Below are positions 57,833 to 64,000 of a stretch of 64,000 bases of DNA, piece by piece; position 1 is the stretch's first letter; every line of letters starts with the position of its first letter. Location: contig NC_087436.1 in NCBI RefSeq assembly GCF_036321535.1, positions 35,776,001 to 35,840,000 on the forward strand. The letters are read 5' to 3'. Source of the stretch: Camelus dromedarius (taxonomy: Eukaryota). Both the position numbers and the translations under genes were made by a program. Under the pieces are notes generated by a model. The model searched no databases, was not told the DNA's origin, and saw nothing but the letters and a program-made list of their open reading frames with translations.

Positions 57833-59384
57833 CTGACTGTATTACACTTTTTTTTGGGAAAAAAAAAACCCACATAAAGTATGTTATATAGTGTAAACCA
57901 CCATTAACCTTTATTACTCCATTGATACTGCTTCCTTAAAGGTCATTCTTGACCACTAAGAGCTAAATTCAATGTTTATGGTATTTGCTCCTCCTTACTG
58001 ACCTTTTGTCGTTGCTTCTTGAAAATGTCTTTTTTCAGCTTATAGGTATCCTTTTCAGCTCCCTATATTCCATTCCTCTTCCTGTCCCCTTCATGGAGAC
58101 ACTAGTCAAGGATTCATCTTACTGAACTCTAGGGCTGGTAAAGGTGACATGCTCCTTTAAGACTGGAATACAGCATTTCTGGAACCTTGATAATCTAAAA
58201 GCAGTTTTAAAATTTCCTGATGTTTCTACTGTTCTTCTCAAGGTAGAAGAAAAATTATCTTTGGGGGAAAGAGTGTTGGTTAAAAGAAATCTTAATGTAA
58301 ATTTTAGTTATTCAAACATAAAAAGAAAGATCTCTTTCTAGAATGAAACATTTGGGGGCAGCTGAGTTGGACAACTGCATCATAGATGACATGGGCTCTC
58401 ATGGCGGGCAGAATGGCAGGAATTACTCTGGGTCCTGGCTGGCATGCAGTGAGGACACCACAGTTAGCATGTGATGGGCTGTTTCTTCCAACTGGGTAGT
58501 AGAGAGCAAGCTAAACCAGGGTACAGACTCTAGGAGCCCTGATGTCCGATAGGAAAGTAAAATGTTTTCATCGCTGTAATTGTTCTCTAGTATCAGTTTT
58601 ATAAAAATCACAGCCTGCCCTTAGCCTTTACCCTGGGGGAGCTGAGGTAAGGTCCCTGTCTGAGCTAGGGGAGAAGGTGACTGGGAGGAGCTTGTCAGAC
58701 TGTAGCCCAGGGGCCCCGGGGTGAGGAGTGGCTCACAGGGAGTGGGGGGTGGGGTGGGGGTGGGACAGAGAAGAGCTGGTGTCAGTTACTGCTGTTGTAC
58801 TTAACAAACATTCAAGTGTATTAATGGGGGAGTCCCAAGGCTTATGGACAAATTGAATACGAAAGAAAACAACAAAATAAATACTTAATTTTGTTGTAAG
58901 CCAGTGAAGTCTGAGGACATATTAGTTACCTAATAATTTCTCAGTTAATTATCTTGGGGTTTTTTTTTTGTTTTTTTTTTACTCTATTTCCATGTGTGAC
59001 TTTATTGGCTAGTACTCAAAGGGTAAAGGTGAACAGTTGCTCTGAATTTAATTATGTTACTGGGCATTAGTTTAGGATTGCTATTTTTAGCATGCTAATG
59101 CTACCTTTATTTTATTTTTCTAAATGAGAAATGGATGTTGAATTCCATAAAACTGAGTGTACTGTTTTCTACTTTGATCTATTAATAATGCTAAAGTATT
59201 TGATTTTGAGTAATAATTTTTTAAAGGTTCTTCTTTTAAAGGGGGTTGGCAGTATGTTAGTCATAATAAGAATTGGGATTTTTTTCTTTGTGCTCTGAAA
59301 TAGTTTAAATAGCATAACGATGATCAGGTTGAAGATCTAAATGAATTTTTACCTGTAAAACCATCTGTGCACAGGAACTTTTGA

Positions 59385-59725
59385 GAATCACAAAGAGTGG
59401 CTTAAAATAGCATAGAGAAATCTAAAGTGAGTCTATGACATGGGACTGAAATTAGGGTGTTGGCAGGGTTGTGTCCTGGAGGCATTAGGGGGATCTCTTT
59501 GCTTGTCTTTTCCAGTTTCCAGAGGCTGCCTGCGTTCCTTGGCTTGTGGCCCCTTCCTCCATCTTCAAAGCCAGCACAATAGCATCTTCCAATCTCTCTC
59601 TCTCTAACTTCTCCTCTGATTCTGAATCTCCTGCTTCCATCTTTCCCTCATAAGGGCCCTTGTGATTACAACACTGGGCCTACCCCGAAAATCCAGAACA
59701 CTCTTATCTCAAGACCCTTAATTTA
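59385..59725 (-). mobile_element. MLT1 (MaLR) LTR fragment
   Basis: GTGTTGGCAGGGTTGTGTCCTGGAGGC...CAGAGGCTGCCTGCGTTCCTTGGCTTGTGGCCCCTTCCTCCATCTTCAAAGCCAGCA...ATAAGGGCCCTTGTGATTACA. Confidence 0.85.
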
Positions 59726-61284
59726 TGTTGAACTTCCTGGATTCAAGTGGGTTCAAAATGTGTTGTACCTGACAGACAGCCTTTAAAATACTTAACATGG
59801 GGTTTATCTGTTCTCTAATTTCAGCATAGATGAACTCTATTTTTCTTTCTTTTCATTCCCTTGGGTTTTGTGGTGTGTGACACTTTAGATATCTTTCCAG
59901 TAGTGTTTATCACTGTCTTGAAGAGTCTACAAATTCCCCAATGATTTTGTAAACCATTAAAAACCTTGTAAACTATCTCCTTCTGTTTAAATTTGCTAGA
60001 GTGAATTCTACTCCTTAAAGTGAGCCCCCAAAGATATAGGCCACTGGGGTATATTTGACATAATTAGGTAAAAAGTCTATCCATGCACACAACTGGTATA
60101 ATGAAAACAGAACGAAGGAAAGCAAATCAATTTGGAGAATTAGAATTTTCATGTGGACCATATTTGGAAACTACTGTTAATTCAATCTGTATGTATTTTC
60201 AAAGGGTGCTTTGGTGTGTGCTCATCTTTAAAGGGAGGATGCAGGGAAACACGACAAACGAACCAAGACTCTTTACAACCTCACATTCAGGAATTTAAGT
60301 AACTAACAACAGTCCAGGGAAATTATTTTACTCTATGTTTATAGCAAATTCTCTACAGCCTTCTCCTGATTAAGATAAATAACATATACTCAGGCTTGGT
60401 TTTTCTATAAATTCAGTAACTATTTTTCCAAAATGGAAAGCTTATACGTTATTTTTAAAACCTGTTTTACACATTAGATATAACACAGAAGTGAACATTT
60501 TTTCAAGCTAAGTTAGGGAAGTCAGTATAAAGCTTATAAATAACTTTTCTTGGTCATGAAGAAGTAAAAGTTAGAAGCCATCCTTCTAAGTTTTGCTGTT
60601 AGAAGGAGACATTAATTTCACTATTCAAACTAAAGTCCCTTAGAACACTGCAAAAAAAAAAAAAAAAAAAAAAAAGAAAGAAAAAAAAGTCAATGTGGAT
60701 ATCCCCAAACCCTGAAAAGAATCTGAACCAACGACAAACTTTTAACTAAATAAATGCCAAAAAAAGCAAATTGGTTTAAGATAGGAAGCTGGACTTTTCT
60801 TCCCCTGCTGAACTTAAATTTTCCATGAATTATACCATGTATTCAAATCCCAAATAATAGGATCATACACTATTTTTAAATCAATAAATATGAGACTCTG
60901 GAATTAGAAAGCAAACTGCCACAGAGATGGAGGTGTTATCAGTGACACCTGACCTGCTCTTTTCTGGGACTCAGAACTTCACTACTGTAGAAGGAGCACA
61001 CACTTCAAATAAAGGACTATGTATCACTGCCTTTTTAAAGGCAATCGTTATCTAAAGATGTGAAAAACAATTGGTTTGGAATAGACTGTAGTGCTCTCAA
61101 GTCTTTGAAAATTCTTAACTTCCAACTCTTTGTATGATCACAGTGCTGGAGAAACAGGCATCTGACACTCAGATTTAGTTTCTCCCACCTGTGGCAAGAC
61201 ATGTATCAATCACCTAAACACTTTCATCGACAAGTTTCTTCCAACTTCACGAGGAAAAAATAGTTTTTCTATTTAACTTTGAAT

Positions 61285-61448
61285 CAATTTGAGATGATGG
61301 ATGTTCACTAAACTTATTCTGATAATCATTTTATGATGTACGTAAGTCAAATCATTATGCTAAAGCCCTTACATTTATACAGTGATGGATGCCAATTATA
61401 TCTTAATAAAACTGGAAGGGGAAAAAAAGAAGTTATTAAAAAAAAAAT
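61285..61448 (+). mobile_element. Short L1 3' terminus with an A-rich tail
   Basis: GATGATGGATGTTCACTAAACTTATT...GTAAGTCAAATCATTATGC...TTATATCTTAATAAAACTGGAAG...(A)n. Confidence 0.8.
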
Positions 61449-61754
61449 TATTTCAACTTGTTTCCTGGGTCCTAAAAGCCTGAGCACGTATGCCTGCTTG
61501 CATTTTATTCCATCATATCTGGTACTCTGATCTTCCAGACATATGGGGCTGTGGCCACTGTGGACTGTACTGGATGGCAGTCTATGGAATTGGCTGAATG
61601 ACAGTTGGCTGGGACGCAGAATGCGGCTATAGATGCATTTTGTCTTGGCACCATAACATGCCAGTTTAAGTCTCATTTTTAAAAAACAATGAACTACATA
61701 GGCATACAAAAAGCGCAGACTGTATTATAATCAATTTCTGTGTTCCCATCACTT

Positions 61755-62270
61755 AGCTTAAGACATGAAACATTTCAACCTTTCTCCCTCGAGGAAATCT
61801 CTCCCCAGTACTTGGTGCTTTTTGTTTCCATTCATGTAGCCTCTTACTACACATGTCCCCGTAAACAACATATTTTGCATGCTTTAAACTTTAAATAAGT
61901 ATCATAGGTATCCTTCTGAAACGTTCCTTTTGTTTGTTTTTGAGATTCCCGTTTTACACACCAGTCTCGTTTTTACTGCCCTAAGTACTGCACCATGTTA
62001 GTATTCCATAGAAATCCATTCTCTTACTGATGGATATTTAGATTGTTTCCAGTTTCTTACTACTTATAAATAATGGTGCTATGATTTTCTCATTCATTAC
62101 CTTATAGAACATAACCTGCCTTGAGACAGACACTTAGGAGAACTGTTGGGATTATCGGGGTCTTCAACATTACTAGATATGCTAGTTGCTTTCCAAAGTG
62201 GCTACACCAATTTATGTGCCACCAGCAGAGAGGGAGGCTCCACAGCTCCACATCCTTTGGGATTATAAAC
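61755..62270 (-). mobile_element. Old L1 fragment, antisense
   Basis: ATCCATTCTCTTACTGATGGATATTTAGATTGTTTCCAGTTT...TTCCAAAGTGGCTACACCAATTTA...CCACCAGCAG...CTCCACATCCT. Confidence 0.8.
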
Positions 62271-62919
62271 TCTGTAAGCAGAGTTTTAACTGCTGGAATC
62301 CTCTGTGGCCAGGGTGAGGATATATTCCTTCAACTAATGCAACTGCTAGTTGCCTAAAGGATATTTCTAACTTGGATTCATGTTTTCATGTTACTTTCTA
62401 GGTTTTGAGCTTCCTTGTCAGAATTCGTGTGAATTCAAATCCTGAAGCCATGGTTGGGTAAGCCCAAAGTCAGAATCCTCTTTTTTAATCCAAAGCACAG
62501 ACCAAGTCAAGAGAAGCTCCTTGTGGCCTCCCTGGCCTGTGGGAGGATTTCTAGTCTGCCCTCACACTGAATGTGTTGGTTGTTAGAGATCTGAACATTA
62601 CATGTGAGGCTCAGTCACAACTTCACGTGTCAGATGGGCTGAAGGGTCCCAGTGGTCATCACCATCTAAACCCCTTCCTGACAGACCGCCCTCCTACCCA
62701 GCACCCAGCCCCAGCCTGAGAGCCTCAGTGTTGGTCCCAGCTTACTGTTCTGGTTTTTAGTTTACTGGCAATGGGATTTCTTTAATTTTCCTGTTTAGAC
62801 CTTGGGGGATAAGTTTTTCTCTTACTTTCTTGTGCCCCAGCATTTAGAGGGAAGAAGTTATGGTCCTCTAATAACAGGAAAATGGGGAGCAGAAAAGTAA
62901 CTTTGAGGTTCTGTTTATT

Positions 62920-63212
62920 TCAACATGGCCTTTGAACACTCGAAATGTGGCTAACATGTCAGATGAACTAAATTTCTAATCCTACTTAATTTTAATTAAA
63001 ATCTAAACTTTGGAGGAAGGGTATACTCTGGTAGAGCACACGCTTAGCATGCATGAGGTCCTGGGTTCAATCCCCAGTGCCTCATTAAACAAACAAACAA
63101 ACAAACAAACAAACCCAATTACCTCCTCCACCAAAAAAACCACACACACACACACACAAAAACACTTAAATAGCTACATGTGACTAGTGTCTATTAGATT
63201 TGACAGCACATT
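62920..63212. mobile_element. MER3-like hAT-Charlie MITE split by a SINE insertion
   Basis: ACATGGCCTTTGAACACTCGAAATGTGGCTA...TTAATTTTAATTAA lies before the SINE, and TTAAATAGCTACATGTGACTAGTG...GACAGCACA after it. Confidence 0.75.
63012..63160 (+). mobile_element. tRNA-derived SINE (camelid Vic-1-like) with (AAAC)n and (CA)n tail repeats
   Basis: GGGTATACTCTGGTAGAGCACACGCTTAGCATGCATGAGGTCCTGGGTTCAATCCCCAGTGCCTC...(AAAC)n CCAATTACCTCCTCC. Confidence 0.9.
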
Positions 63213-64000
63213 TCTAACTAGTAGTAATATTCTTCATCCCTTGGGTGGTTTTATGTACCAATAAACCAACGTAGTCTGGGAAAAAACTCTGACAAAGCTA
63301 CTTCTGATAGTCAAAGGGTGAAACAGTTGAGACATGACTTCAGAGTGTCTGCCACCACAAAACTGTACAGCCCTGTTATTTTGATAATCAGGTATTTCTT
63401 GCCTGACTTGTCTTTCTGGGAATTTTCAAAGATCTACAGTGACTGGGTTTAAGTGCACGTTCTTTCCATCGCCAGCTCCTGAACTGGAAGTCAAGCAATA
63501 AATTTCCAACAGCTTTCTCAAGAATACTTATGAAGTATTAAAATGTCTATAACTCTCAAAGATAAATAATTAGGAGCATATTCAGAATGCAACATAAGAC
63601 AATATGATTAAGCATACAGTTTGGGTTATCTTTGAACTGAAAAAGTTTATTGGTAACCTGGAAATGTGTGTAAGTTAAAACATGAATACTTCATATGGTT
63701 TCTTTATAGCATTTTATGAAAAACAAAAACCAAAAAACAACTAAGTCTACTTCTCTAGGCCAGGACTAGGCTTATATCTCCATTTTTTTTTTTTAACTTT
63801 CAAAGGACGTTATAGTATATGAAATAACTCTTAATTCTTCTTTTTAAATTGTCATAAGTACAGGTGAAGAAGTCTAAAGCAAAAATGTAAGTCTGAATTA
63901 TAATGAGAACTAATATGTATTTGGAAACAAGGTCACATAAGCCCGGTTTATGTGCATGTAGCCATTATTTGTAAATATTTTTCACTGTGCTTTCATCTAC

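Noticed and set aside
60652..60688. Long poly(A) tract as the tail of a processed pseudogene
   Set aside because: I see no recognisable mRNA-like or retroelement body upstream and no clear TSD.
1..64000. A previously undescribed multi-gene biological system
   Set aside because: Only one credible protein-coding gene (SPRY1) is present. The rest is explained by known repeat classes or non-coding DNA.

Overview
This is mammalian genomic DNA, most likely camelid, judged from three copies of a tRNA-derived SINE with the camelid Vic-1-like structure. It contains one protein-coding gene, SPRY1 (Sprouty RTK signalling antagonist 1), on the minus strand. The 319-aa CDS is intact and uninterrupted (6199-7158), preceded by a splice acceptor at 7213/7214 and followed by an AU-rich 3' UTR carrying miR-21, miR-29, miR-132 and miR-103 seed sites. 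A CpG-island promoter (about 8950-11180) holds three candidate non-coding 5' exon donors. The remaining ~52 kb upstream is non-coding and mostly interspersed repeats (L1, L2, MIR, MaLR/ERVL LTRs, hAT DNA transposons, SINEs), with some motif-dense unique segments and a second CpG-rich patch. I found no evidence of a new multi-gene system; all other ORFs in the track look like repeat-derived or chance frames. The most notable observations are small-scale: two upstream AUGs in the constant leader of the SPRY1 coding exon (one overlapping the CDS), a templated palindromic insertion inside an old L1, serial SINE and L1 insertion at one target site, a near-perfect 101-bp tandem duplication, an old duplication spaced 1 kb apart, and two CTCF-like sites. 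Repeat subfamily names come from recalled consensus sequences and their boundaries are approximate.
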